DNA of 64,000 bases from Eledone cirrhosa. Taxonomy: Eukaryota. Positions 47,347 to 60,537 of the stretch are shown piece after piece (within the stretch, counting starts at the first letter, position 1; each line of letters starts with the position of its first letter). The position numbers were made by a program, and so were the translations under genes. The DNA is taken from contig OZ024743.1 in NCBI GenBank assembly GCA_964016885.1, positions 48,360,001 through 48,424,000 of the forward strand, written 5' to 3'. The notes beneath the pieces were generated by a model. It had not been told where the DNA came from, made no database searches, and saw only the letters and a program-made list of their open reading frames with translations.

Positions 47347-47535
47347 TACACACACAGAAATGTATATATATTTCTGTGTGTATATATATATATATATATA
47401 TTACACACACAGAAATGTATATATATTTCTGTGTGTGTATATATATATATATTACACACACAGAAATGTATATATATTTCTGTGTGTGTGTGTATATATA
47501 TATATATTACACACACAGAAATGTATATATATTTC
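47307..47535. repeat. Tandem array of four self-complementary units ATTTCTGTGTGTG(TA)nTTACACACACAGAAATGTATATAT
   Basis: Units start at ~47311, 47370, 47425 and 47476. Confidence 0.9.
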
Positions 47536-47654
47536 TTAGAACAAAATTATTATTAATGTTTTGCTGTTCATAACAATTGGAATTGAAAAATTACTTTTGA
47601 AATTATTAGTTATTTTACTAATGCTTAGATATGTAAAAATGAAGCAATGTTTCT

Positions 47655-47848
47655 AATAATTGTTTCTACTTTTGGCACAAGGCCAGCAATTACACAGTAC
47701 ATTACTGGTACTTTATTTTATCAACCCCGTGAGGATGAAAGGCAAAGTTAACCTCGGCGGTATTTGAACTCAGACCGTAAAGGGACGTAACTCCATGCTA
47801 TGAAGCATGGTGTCCGACTCTCTACAGATTCTGCCAATCCACCGCCCT
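47655..47848 (-). mobile_element. tRNA-derived SINE with a conserved central (Meta-like) domain
   Basis: The minus strand reads GGCGGTGGATTGGCAGAATC (A box)...GAGTTCAAAT (B box)...GTTAACTTTGCCTTTCATCCTCACGGGGTTGATAAAATAAAGTACCAG...(ATT)n. Other copies are at ~37010-37170, ~42930-43040 and 63076-63297. Confidence 0.8.
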
Positions 47849-50800
47849 AATGTCTGTACGTAATGAGGGAGTGAGAGGGGAGAGAAAGAAAGGCAGAGGT
47901 GAAGTGACAAAGTGACTCTCTCCTCCTCCTCCTCCATCTCCCCATTCGTCACAGCGATAGAGGGGAGGAATGTTAGTGTGTTACAAAGAGTGAGAGTGAG
48001 AGAAACAGACAAACTAAAAGAGAGGGATAGCTGGAGAGAGAGATAGAGAGATAGCAACCACACGCGCACGTGTTTCCACTGTCGGACAGACAGACAGAGA
48101 AATTGCTGGTTATATATTATAAGGAGATTAGTATTTAGATGGCATAGTCTAATATTCTAAATGTTTGCATAATGGTTTGAAAAATGGTATATTTACCATT
48201 TATCATACAAAGAGATTAACAGGAAAACATCTTAACTTCCCAACTAGATAAAATATTTGGAATAGAGCCTCTCTTGTCATTCAGATTGGCTAAGGCAAAC
48301 AGTTATGTATATGGCATAACATCACCTTGGTTCTAGAAATGTTTACTCCTTTTCATACCAACCCTAATCTTTTCTGGCTCTGTGTAACAAAATCACCCAT
48401 TATAAAGGGAACTTATCTAAATTAAAATCTCCCAACATAATTTTATACAAGAACCTTATATGTCTTTTTATAAATATAATCTTAATAATTGATCATTTTA
48501 GTACATTCCTTCAAGTTCACCATTAATTGAACTATAGTGTTTTTCATTAGAATTATAGCCATGATCAGATGGAAATAATGATTTATTGATCTTTGTTCTA
48601 ATATGATGAGCATTAAAAAAAATATCAATTTGTCTCAGTTTTTATGTTCTATTACACATACTTATGATATTGTAATTCCACCTTTTGATACCAAACGCGA
48701 AACTACCCCTGGTTCTTTAACACAAAAACTTTCCATCAGAATTTCATGTAAAGACCTTTCTTTACATTCTAAACACCAGAGAAGCTATCTCTATAAAAAA
48801 AAAACAAAAAAAAAACCCCCAATTATTTTCAAAACAATTCGAAAATCATAGGTAGTGACTTTTATACGAAATAGCTAAAAATCACACTTGATTCTCAAAA
48901 TAAAAACCTAAATTGCACAACATAGTCCTTTTAGTTAATCCTAAGAATTTACTGGTCTGAATAAAAATTGGTTTGTAATCCTATGTAGACAATTAGTTAC
49001 AATTGGCTGTTTAACCCACTTGATACCAGTTCACTCAAAACCACCTACTTTGAATGATTTCCATTTAAATTAAAACCATCCAATATAATTTGAATAATTG
49101 ATAATTTTAGTAAATCCTCAAACTTCTTCATTAATTAATTAGGATGCAGTATATATCATTAGAAATATGACCATAAAAGGGTTAACTCCAGGTCAGCTAT
49201 GATCAAACAAACTTAATCAAAGTGTTTTAGTCATGGTCATCCCACCTTAGTTTCAATGTGTCCTTCCATTTTTATGATGGTAAGGTGTGTTATGAGAGAC
49301 ATTTGGCTACTGTTTATACCAAGCCGAGCAGCCATATAGATACCCTCTTTGTATACCCACTAAGTCTGTGATGCCAAAGTTGTTAAATTAACTCACTGCT
49401 ATTTTCACTGGTTTTATTTATTAAAAAAAAAAAACTGCTATGCTAGATATAAATAGTGACTGAAGAGTGTAGCATCACATCTCTGAAGCAGTATTTCATA
49501 ACATATGTGAAGGCATTAAACACAGGAATTTGTATAAGTCTATTGCACACATTCATTTGTTTTCACAAGTTACAGGAGTTCATAAATTAATGTTTTAGCT
49601 CTTGGTTCTGTAGTATTCAGCAGTTGTGTTGTACCTCAGGCTTTTACAGGTAACATTTCCATATATGGTATGTATATTTTTAAGTAAGACATACAATTAA
49701 ATGTCCTGCTAAGAAACACAACCAACACACTATGGCAAGTCTAAATTCACAAAGTAGGAGTTGATTATATCCAATATCTCATTTACTCAACTGTCTTTTT
49801 AACCCCTTTAATACCAAACTGTTTCTGATTCTAACTTATGCTCCAAATACCAGTTTAATCATGAGGAAGTTTACTATTTTACTAAATCCCTTCAAATTCT
49901 AGAATATTTTCAAGGCTAATGATAATTACAGGTAATGTCTTTCGTTAGAAATATGGTAATGGAAGAGTTAAGCACATTGAATGTTATGAGAAACAATAAT
50001 AGAGGAAGTAGATAAATTTGGGGTAATTGGAGATACTCTTACTCAAATTAACTGGTTGAAAAAGTCAGCTCACACCTATCTGTTTTAATGATAGTGGCTC
50101 TGGTTCTATCATGAATAGCAACATGTGAAGTATCTTTCTCAAGAATACAACGCACCACCTTGTCCAAGAATCGAACACAAGCTATAAGATGACATGTCTG
50201 ACACCCTAAACACTAGGCCACATGCCTCCACTAGTTGTCTTTATTTTAATCGGTTAGACATCTTAAAGGGCTGACTAACATTACAGTTGGTGTAAAGAGT
50301 AGAGAGAAAATTTAGTTTGAACCAAATCAAAACTTAAAAAGAGAATAAAAATTGTGAAGGATACAACTATGTATTGTATTATCAAAAGAGGAAATTTGAG
50401 ATCCAAATATATAGATTATAATTTCCTATATAAAACTTAAATGGCAACAAGCTATTTATAAAAAATATTTAACTTTAAGGAAACAAGGGAAGCTATAAAT
50501 ATATCAACATACATCTAAAATAAAACGTATGAATTAGCAGCAATAACTAGATAGTAATACCCATTAGAGCATCAAATTAAATACTTCAATATTTGTTCCA
50601 GCGTTTTGTATAGTAGAACTAAAAACAATTTTAGGCAATTTAGTTTCAAAATGGTCAATAACCTCACTTCTTGCAAAGTAAGCTAAAACTCCATATTTCT
50701 AATGTAAGCTTCTATAATTTCTCCTGGTTTCTTACAACATTCACATAGGACTCTACTAGTTCAAGAAGCAGAACTTTCAATCATTTCAATAATCCCACCA

Positions 50801-50854
50801 TTTTAAAGCCCCTTATTTGGCATCCCAACAGCCTCAATCACAGGGCGATATATT

Positions 50855-52626
50855 TGATGAGATGCTGAAAGCATCTGGGTCGGTAGGGCACACCATAACC
50901 ACATGTATTGTTAACCATCATTGTCAACTGCTACAAGGGTAAAGGAGATGCACTAGATAGAGGAAACTGTAGAGGTATAAAGCTGATGGACCAGGTCATG
51001 AAAGTAACAGAAAGAGTTATAACACAGCTGATTAGGGACTGGGTAAAACTAGATGAGATGCAGTTTGGGTTTGTGCGGAGCAAAAGCACCACTGATACTC
51101 TCTACCTTGCGAGGCAGTTACAGAAAAAGTACCTAGCTAAAAGTAAGCTGCTCTACCTGGCATTTGTTGATCTGGAAAAAGCCTTTGACAGAGTGCCCCG
51201 TGCTATAATCTGGTGGCTCTTAGAAAACTAGGAGTAGATGAATGGCTTGTGAAAGCAGTACAAGCCATGTATAGGGGAGCAGTCAGTAAAGTTAAGGTTA
51301 ACAATGACTATAGCGAGGAAATTAGCATACAGGTTGGTGTCCATCAGGGCTCCGTTCTTAGCCCTCTCCTGTTATCGTATTGCGAGTTTAAGACCGGATA
51401 CACATGGGAACTTCTGTATGCGGATGATCTTACACTTATAACTGAATCTATGGCGGAACTAAAGAAGAAATTCCAAACATGGAAGCAGGGACTAGAAAGA
51501 AAGGGTCTCAAAGTCAACCTGACAAAGACTAAGGTCCTCGTAAGTAGACGAGAAAACAGAATCCAGATCCCCTCAGGGAAATGGCCTTGCTCAGTATGTA
51601 GGAAAGGTGTAGATAGGAATTCCATCCTCTGCTCTAAATGCAAACAATGGATGCACAAGAGATGTAGTGGGATCTCAGGAAGTTTAGCTAAGATTGTAGG
51701 CTTTACATGAAGCAATTGCACTGGGACAGTAAGCAGCAAACGGCCACAGGAAACAAGCACTACCAAACTCTGGGAGGGCTCTGTAGAAATAGTAGACCGC
51801 TTCTGCTAGCTACCTAGGTGACCGAATTAGCAGCGGAGGTGGGTGTTCTGAAAGTATAGTAACGAGGGTAAGAACAGGATGGAAGAAGTTCAGGGAGCTA
51901 CTACCAGTTAGCTGTGAAAGGCTTTCTCCTCAAAATGAAAGGCAGATTGTATGATGTGTGCATACGAACAGCAGTATTACATGGTAGTGAGACCTAGGCT
52001 TTGTGTGTAGAAGACTTGCGTAGATTAAAAAGAAATGAAGCTTACATGCTCCGATGGATGTGTAATGTACGAACGGCAAAGCATAAACGAATTGAGAGAG
52101 ACTAAGCATAAGAGGAATCAAATGCTGAGGGCAGGAGAGTAAGTTGCGTTGGTATGGACATGTGATGCATATGAAGGATGACAGCTGGATAAAAAGGTAC
52201 AGAGCATTAAAAGTTGGAGGAAGCCTTGGAGTGGGGAGACCCAAGAAGGCGTGGGATGAGGTGATAAAAGCTGACCTTACGCAGTAATATAGAAGACCCG
52301 ACTTCCCACAGGTACAAGCCGAAGCTGAAGCATATAGACAGTATGCCTCCACTCCCACTGTAAAGTGGTCGTGTAGGTGTCATGACAAAAACCACCCAGT
52401 CCACACTGTTAAGTGGTCGTTTAGGTGCCACGGTAAAAAAGCACCCAGTACCTACTGTAAATGTTGGTGTTAGGAAGGGCATCCAGCTGTAGAAATGAAG
52501 CCAAAATCAATTCTGTATGAGCAAGACATGGTCACCTGACCTGGCATTGCCCACAACAGGACAACCCGTCTAACCCATGCTAGCGTCGAAGAATGGACAT
52601 AAAATGGTGATGAAGATGATGATGAT
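50855..52626 (+). pseudogene. Decayed RTE LINE (subfamily B-like), many stops and frameshifts
   Basis: [29 protein letters not shown] and PHD-type remnants. The 3'UTR ends in (GAT)n. Confidence 0.92.
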
Positions 52627-52851
52627 ATGTATATAAGGCTAAATAGTAAGTCTTTGTTACTCTGGAGTTTCGCCTGTTTCTCACAGGGTCATCAGACAAG
52701 AACTCGACTTCGGTGTGGAATATGTAAACTCTACTTTGGTATTGAATACTATTTTCTTTTGGCCGTCAACTACATATGGATATACATATTTATATTTACA
52801 ACTAAGATTGAAGTAAACAGTCTTGTCCAAAAACAACCAAGCAGCATTTAA

Positions 52852-53071
52852 CCCTTTTAATGATAACTCACCTCAAACCACCCCTATTTTTATGAAATAA
52901 AGCCACCAATTTTAAAGGGTTTCTATTTATATTAAAACCTTCTGACATAATTCTATTTTTGTTATGTTTCAAATACCATCTTAATAATGAAATAACTTTA
53001 GAAAATCTCTCCAAATCTTCCAATGTCCAATTCAAATAGTGTATTTCATTAGAAATATAGTAACAAATGGG
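52852..53071. mobile_element. piggyBac-type MITE family B (representative copy)
   Basis: TTAA|CCCTTT...TTCATTAGAAATATAGTAACAAATGGG|TTAA. Related decayed copies lie at ~33510-33777, 42325-42540, 49015-49181, 49800-49970, 54437-54665, 55080-55318, 58348-58570, 59190-59620 and 61360-61608. Confidence 0.65.
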
Positions 53072-56000
53072 TTAAATCTAAGTTCCGTAAATGTAATTCA
53101 TTGGATCTTGTACTATATTTTTTATAAATCGATCTGAAGCAAATTTTAAGTGAAAAACCCACCCAATACAATGTTTTACAGCCTTGCAGGCCCCATGGCA
53201 TGTGATTCTTTTTGAGGCAAGGTTTTACAGCAATATCTTTTAGTCACTTCTTACAATGATAAGAGTAATATAATAGATATTTCTAAATATTTTAATATTT
53301 ATATAAAGAAGTGGAAAATAGATAGCGATATTTGTACTTTTATTCAATAGCCAGAAGTAAATCTATTGGGTTTTATCTTAATAAAAAGCTGATTATAATT
53401 TAAAAAAAATTGTTTTGTGTTATAGTTTTTAATAAAGAATTGCCACAATTGAAACATATATATATATTTATGTTGGAGATTAATGAAAGCTTATGAAAAA
53501 ATATATTTGACTGAAATTCATTTTTCATTTTAGCCTCTTTGATTGCAAAATGCCTGGACCTCCCCCCTCTCTCTCTCCCTCTCTCTCTCCCTCTCTCTCT
53601 CCCTCTCCCTCTCTCTCTCCCTCTCCCTCTCCCTCTCTCGCTCCCCCCCTCCCTCTCTCTCTCTCTCTCCAACACAATGTTTATTTTAAAGTGAACAATT
53701 CCATCATAATTTTATGTAAGAATTTTTTTGTTAAGTTATGTTCCAAAAACAAACTTGATGAGCAAGTTCTGTTACTAAATTGCTCCCAATTATTTTCAAA
53801 ATTATTTGAAAATCATAGTATCTTTCATTAAAAATATGAAAATGAAAGGGTTAAAATACTTGACTCATATATTATGGATAAAATGCCTTGAGAAAAAACC
53901 TGGTAGTCTGTAATTATAACAATTACTAAATGATGATAAATTGCCGAGAATGATATGGAGAGCTTCAAATGTTCTTGTGAAAGGATGAATTGACTTGGCA
54001 CTAAGGGAATGAAATTGCTTTACCCATCAAACACACTGCTTGTATTTGTATCTTGGCAAGTTCTTCCTACCAATATTTTCTTGTGTAATGGTTTCTTTTC
54101 AACACAAATATTTGCATATCATTTTGATTCAACAGAATAATTTCACAAGGTATTGTTTGGCTTAGCATTCAAATACACCTTTAAAAAATGTGCACATCAT
54201 ATTAGGATATTTTCTTTGCAATTACTGTTCGATTATTTGTGTGTGTTATTAGTGTAAATAAAAAGAGATTTTATTTGTATACAATTTTCTTTGCTTATTT
54301 AATATTGTGTTTTTGCCTTTCTGATTTTACTTTTGCATAATTGCACTACAAACTCACCAAAATTTATCAAATCTGGAACCACAAGAGTTTGTTGAATTTA
54401 TCAGTTAATTGCTCCTTCTTTTACAATCTTCTTTAACCCTATCATGACCATATTTCTAATAACATACACTGTATTTCAATTAATGAAAAATTTGGGATGG
54501 GGGGGTTACTAAAATTATTTCATTGTTAATATAGTATTTCTAACAGAACATAGTTCTTATATCAAATTATGTCAAAGATTTTTTATTTAGATAAGAACCC
54601 TTTAAAATATGGTGGTTTGGTTTCATACAACCAGATCTGGTTTTGTTGTGTTGGTATCAAAAAGGTTAACTATATACCCTCTCCCCAAATAATGGCAGCT
54701 GGAACTACATAATGCAATTTCACTCCTTTCTAAATGATTAACCTTCTGCTTAATCAAGAAACCAGCGCATGATTGTGTGTTTATTTGTTGTCATTTAATT
54801 ATTCTAGGTGGTTATGAAGTAATAGTATGTATTCAACAGTTGATTTACTATTTACACCAGAAAGTTCCTGTTGTCACCAAGCTGGTCTTTCAATGTAAAT
54901 TGTATCTAATAAGCAAACAAATCACTGTTGTTGACTCATCGAACCATGCCTCTTCCTTACACAAACAAAACATTGGCCTTGCACCCAAGCAGGAAATTAA
55001 TATCATAGGCTGTTGTTAGTGTTGATGGTGTAGTTCTGGTTAACTCTTGTTGGGTAACTTAGCTGGAAGTAATTAAACAACCCTCCCTTTTTTTAACCAT
55101 ACTTCTAATGAAATGCACCACCAATATGTTTCAATTAATTTTGAAAATAAAAAAAATATTGAAGGAATTTAGTAAATTATCTTTTTCTTTAGTAAACTGG
55201 TGTATTACTTAACAGAAATACCTTACACAAAATTTTGATGGAAGGCTTTAATATAATGGACAGCTATGTATCACAGAACCAGGGCCACTTTCAATTAGTT
55301 TAGTATCAAAAGGATTAAACTGATTATTTCATGTTAAGGGCAGATGTTTCTAATATGTTTTAGGCCCTCATTTTGAATATGTTAAAGTATTTGACATTTT
55401 TGTTCATTATTTTAATATTTAAGTACTGCTCCCAGGCATGGGACTGTGCTACTGCTGTACACACAGACATACTAGACCCCACCTAAAGAAGGACCATTAG
55501 CCTAATTGGCATACACACACATGCACTTCAGCCCCTAGTCCACAGATATGTGCTCTTTACTCTTTTTTTTCTACCACCACCACGGTAGCCTATGTTCCTC
55601 TGTTCTAGCTGATATCATGCCACCTCTACTCAAGTCTTTCCAATTTGTCTCTTATCATTGCACATGTTGTGTTTAAAACTCCCAGTTACCTCACTAATCA
55701 CTGTCCAGAACTCTATCCATCTGGAACTCTCTTCTTTCTCATGTCTTTCTTACTGGAGATTACTTGCAACAGTTTAAGCAGAACACCCAAGACATCATCT
55801 CTCCAGTCCTGGAAAGCCTGTAAACGCCATTAGAACTCTTTACTCTGGACTTGCCAAATATGAAAAAAAAAAAAAAAAAAAAAAAATTAAGTAATAGTCA
55901 AGCTTCTGATCAGCTGAGTTTGTAACCCAGTTTCATTCCCAAATTATAAAACTATGAATGCCATACATGAAATCAATACTTCATAATGGTCTTTACAACT

Positions 56001-56168
56001 CTATGCAGATTTGCTTGTTTTTAAAAGATTTCAAATGACTTGGCCATTTGAGCTAGTACTGTTTCCTTATTACTAAAAGAACTCATTAATTCTTTTGATA
56101 CTAAGCTGTCTGAAATTTCCCATGGCTCTGCAATACAAAACTGTCTGTTTTTAAATGCATAAACTTAA

Positions 56169-56388
56169 CCCTTTAGCATTTGTATTACTCTATATTTACT
56201 ATTATATTTTCACAGTAAAGGTATATCTTACATACTTATCTCACATAATATCGCAGCTACGAGATTTTGATATTATTTATTTTGACAATAATACCTAAAC
56301 ATAAGTAGGGGCAGCCTATTACAGATAGTTTAAACATAAAGAGGTGAGAGAATTCTGACCGGATACAGCCAGTTTAAATGCTAAAGGG
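56169..56388. mobile_element. piggyBac-type MITE family A
   Basis: TTAA|CCCTTTAGCATTT...AAATGCTAAAGGG|TTAA, i.e. a 13-bp TIR with a TTAA TSD. Confidence 0.85.
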
Positions 56389-56428
56389 TTAAACTTTGAA
56401 GCCTAACTTAAAGATTTATAGATAAATA

Positions 56429-57252
56429 CTAGCAGAATGGTCTGGCCTTGCTCGAGATTCTAAACATAGATTGGCATGTTTATCCCTCCTTTCTGAAACA
56501 GTACAGAGAAATATGGAATACCTCGGTCTGGGGATGGTGTCTACATTTTGTGCTTATAAAAAAAAATTGTCGTAGATTACCAGGGGTTTAACTTGGGCGC
56601 CTGAGAGTAAAATGTTCAACCCACGAAAGCCAAGACGATAGGGTTAAGTAAAAAGGCATTCGATAAACCGAACATGTATTTGTTGTGCTATGGTACAATG
56701 AAAGCAATAGTTACATAAAGCATGTTGGTTGCGCTAGGGCCTGTAACCTTAAAAGTATCCAACTAAATTCCTTCATGTTCTCCACCACTGCAGTCCCACA
56801 TGCTTACTGCTCTGCAATGTGGTCCCCGGGCAAACATTTGAAATCTTTTTCAGTCAAGTAAATTTGTGAAACATAAGTAATGCATATGCAAAGTTTTAAA
56901 AAAATTGGTTGGGTACTTTTCAAGTTACAGGCCCTAACGCAACCAAAATGCTTTAAAAAATCGGTTTTTTGTCTAATGGGGCAAAAAATGAGAAAATCTT
57001 TTTTGCTCAAAACACTTTAAATGACAAGTAATGGAAATTTTGAAGAAATCGCCTTGATTATTGTTCCGTTATGCCTAAAAATATGCGTTTTTTTCGCTTA
57101 ATGCGGCTCCTAGGGCATTGAAAATTTGAAATATTTTCTGCTCAAAACACTCACATGACCATAAGTATTACATGTGTAAAGTTTGAAAAACATCGGTTAG
57201 GTGGTTCCTGAGTTTTATGGAGACAGACAGACATTCCCTGTTTTAGATATAT
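56429..57252 (-). mobile_element. Older Helitron-like element related to H1
   Basis: It starts with ACTAGCAG, shares the TAATGCGG..CCTAGGGCATTGAAAATTTGAAAT...AGTATTACATGTGTAAAGTTTGAAA block, and ends in (CAGA)n...TATATA. Confidence 0.6.
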
Positions 57253-59301
57253 AAACTTTAAAATAAATTTTTATTTGTAGAACCTGGGGCAGTTTTAGGC
57301 AGATTTGTATCAAAAGTGTTTAAGTTATAATAAATCATGAAATAGAAATATTTTTTGGTATGCATTTTTAATTGCTTGTTCAATCTGTTAACCTTTAATA
57401 TAATAGAAAGGAAATTGGATAATGCGGTCGGTGATCATGCCATTCCCAAAAGAAGTAGTTTCACCTGAGAATTCAACTCAGCATGAAAGTTTGGTTAACT
57501 AAAAGCTACTTCTATTACTGCAATCAGTATATCTCATTATGAACTTGCTTATCCCCGCTCTTTCTCAAAGATAGTCTTACTGCACAGCTAGCTCTTAAAG
57601 TGGTTGTAAGTAATTCTATAAATATGCTGAAGTAGCTTTATATAGTAAATGCTAATGTAGTCTTAAAATATCCTTTTTATTAGATTGAAGCTTTTGGTGA
57701 TATTAATATATCATCATATGACCTTCACCATTGACATAACTAGCAACATCACAACCGACATATATCTGGCATGTCATGCATAAAGTCATTTTCCCCTGAC
57801 AACTGAAAACAAACATTTTTTTTTTTTTTTTTTACTTTACACCCACTCTCTTCATCTGACATAAATGGAATGGAGTTTGATGGAGCAGTTATTTTTAGAG
57901 CTGAAAGTTTTGTGAGGTCATGGGTTCAATCCTTGTGTGGTATCTTGGGCAAGTGTCTTATATAGCCTTGGGTCAACCCAAATTTTGAGTGAAATTGGAT
58001 AAATGGAAACTGCTAGAGAGTTTGTTGGATGAATTGTAACCATAATTCAAATGTCTAATTTTGTTAGTCACACTGATTCTACCTGAGAGTTATGTTAAAG
58101 GTACGTATGACTGGAATACTTAATAAGAAGTTGCTTTACAGTCATGAGATCCTGGGTTCAATATCATAGTTTGGCATCTTGAGCAAGTGCCTTGGGTTGA
58201 CCCAAACTTTGCATGTGAAATTGGGTAAAAGGAAGTTGTGTGAAAGCCTAAATGAGAGTAGAAAGGATGAAATGTAAGAAGGGGAGGAGCCCTCCAGATT
58301 ATTTCTCTCTTAGTAAGAATGGGAAATAATAATCAGTAATAGTTTAACCCTTTTGATACCAATTCCTATAACCACCCTTGGTTTTATGATACAAAGCTGT
58401 TTATCTAAAAGCCTTCCATGATCATTTTGTGTAAGGGCTGTTATGTTCTAAACCCCAGTTTAATAATGAGTTATATTACTAAATCCCTTTAAATTTTTTG
58501 ATTATTTTCAAAATGATTTGAAAATAATAGGCAATGTCTTTTTATTGGAAATAAGGTAATGAACATGTTGATATATATCATTGTCATTGTGCCTGCTTGT
58601 CCACGTTTGCATGGGTTGGACAAGTACCTAGAATGGCATCTCTCCACACATTGCGATCCTTCGTCATCTCCTCTGTGAGTCTCAGTGATTTGAAGTTAGC
58701 TCTCACAACCTTTGCCCAAGTCTTTCTTGGCATGGATATCATCATCATCATCATACGTCCGCTATATGACTAGTTTTTATTGTTTTTATGGCATATTTCT
58801 CAATTTCAATAAACTATTCAGTCATTGGCTTGCATCAATTTTTTTTTTATGTATGTGGCTTGATGCAATCTGCACTGAATTAGAAAGTTTCAAGATACAT
58901 TACATTGGCAATTGGTAGAATTGGTAGAGCATTGAATAAAATACCTTGTAGTATTTAGTTATGATCCTTCGAGTTCTCGGTTCATTAGCCCGCCAGTTGA
59001 CTTTCCCTTTCATTCTTCTGGTCAATAAAATCAAGCTTCAGTCAGATATAGGACTTGAGTGTTGCAGCATGTGCTCTATAGCAGAATCTTTTTGCTATTT
59101 CCACTTCCAGTGCAAGAAGTTATTTATATGCATTTGTTACTTCAAAAGTATGTGACCTTATACTGCAATGTTTCCATTGCTTTTTTAAAAACCGTTTTGA
59201 TATCAAACAACCTATAGGTTCTACAATACACAACTGCTTGTCTTAAAGTGTTTATATTTACCTAAAAATCTTTCATTGTAATATTATGTTAAAACCTTTA
59301 A

Positions 59302-59515
59302 CCCTTTAGCATTTAAACCAGCTGTATCTGGTCAGAATTCTTTCACCTCTTCTGTTCAAATTGGCTTTAACCAGCCACTCATACTAATGTTAGGGTATTG
59401 TTCTCAAAATAAATATCAAAATCTCATAGATTTGATATTATGTGAGATATTATGTGGTAAAGTGTTTGCCGTGAAAATACAATAGTATATATAGAGTAAT
59501 GTAAATGTTAAAGGG
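59302..59515. mobile_element. piggyBac-type MITE family A, opposite orientation to 56169-56388
   Basis: TTAA|CCCTTTAGCATTT...AAATGTTAAAGGG|TTAA. The interior is the reverse complement of the 56169 copy. Confidence 0.85.
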
Positions 59516-60329
59516 TTAAGCTATGTTCCAGCTTAATAATGAGAAAATTCTTGATCATTTAAAAAATTATCTGAAAATGATTGGCATTGTCTTTCATTAG
59601 AAATATAGTAATGAATGGATGGAATTTTTGAATGCTCTCAAAGAGAGAGAGAAGGAGAATTAGCGAAGGTTTAAAAAGCAAGTTACGTGAATAGAATATA
59701 TACCTCACCAAGTGCAATTTATAGAGATAATTAATAGAATGATTGAAAAAGATAGATTTAGTTGTTGGCCACTAAACTTTTCAGAATGTGATATAACAAG
59801 TCTGAAGCAGTTTCTCGATAACAAATAACCAGATATATTACCAACAAGATTTTTTTGGCATACTGACCTCATTTCATTTGGGAAAAAAAGGATAATGAAG
59901 GGATTTCTTGTATTTTTGTTGTTTTAAAGCATTATTTTGAACTGTTGTCACCATTTGTCATTAACATTTATGTGTTGAGCGAGTGATCTTGGTCCTTTCT
60001 CATCCTCATTGTAGAAGATTGGGGACTATGGACAATTGTACCAATGCTTATTTATATGATGTCCACAATTCTCATTTGGAATAAAAGGGACATTGGTTGG
60101 TCCCAAATCTTCGTCCATCCATTACTCGGAAGCTGGCTAAAGCTATGATTTATAAAAAAAAATCTTCAATGCAGAGAAATGGAATGAGATTTGAGATGGT
60201 TGGATCATGTGTTGAGAGGAATATTGACAGTGATTGGGTGAGAGGAGAGATGGAAATGAGTAAGGAAAGACTAAAAAAAGACATGAAAGAAGAAATAAAA
60301 GCCAGGGAGTTGGCAAGGGGGATGTAGAG

Positions 60330-60537
60330 CAGGCATGTCAAACATGTGGGCTGCATGCAGCCCTTTACAAGCACACCTGCAGCCCATGCAAAGTTTTTAC
60401 AGCGTGAGCATGTTTTATCTTCATAGTACAAAATAAAAAAAACTAGTTATAATGTGCACAATTAGTTGTCGTGTGTGGCCCTCAGACAACACATGTGACC
60501 CATATGACTCTCGGGGACCTTCAGTTTGACATGCCTG
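60330..60537. mobile_element. hAT (Charlie-like) MITE
   Basis: 14-bp TIR CAGGCATGTCAAAC/GTTTGACATGCCTG and 8-bp TSD ATGTAGAG/GTGTAGAG. It is inserted in an old RTE 3' remnant (~60170-60630). Confidence 0.88.

Larger units (their letters stand above)
46775..48127 (-). mobile_element. Second Helitron-like family (H2) abutting H1; contains a hairpin minisatellite and a SINE
   Basis: The 3' end is CTAGCAGAAAACCACCC ggt GGGCGGTTTTCTGCTAG. The putative 5' end is A|TCTCCTTATAATATATAACC followed by (CTGT)n. The interior may be composite. Confidence 0.6.

Noticed and set aside
54808-54900. Possible exon (GGYEVIVCIQQLIYYLHQK...)
   Set aside because: No convincing donor site and no recognisable protein. 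The candidate ending at GTAAGT near 61287 has stops in the frames I tested.
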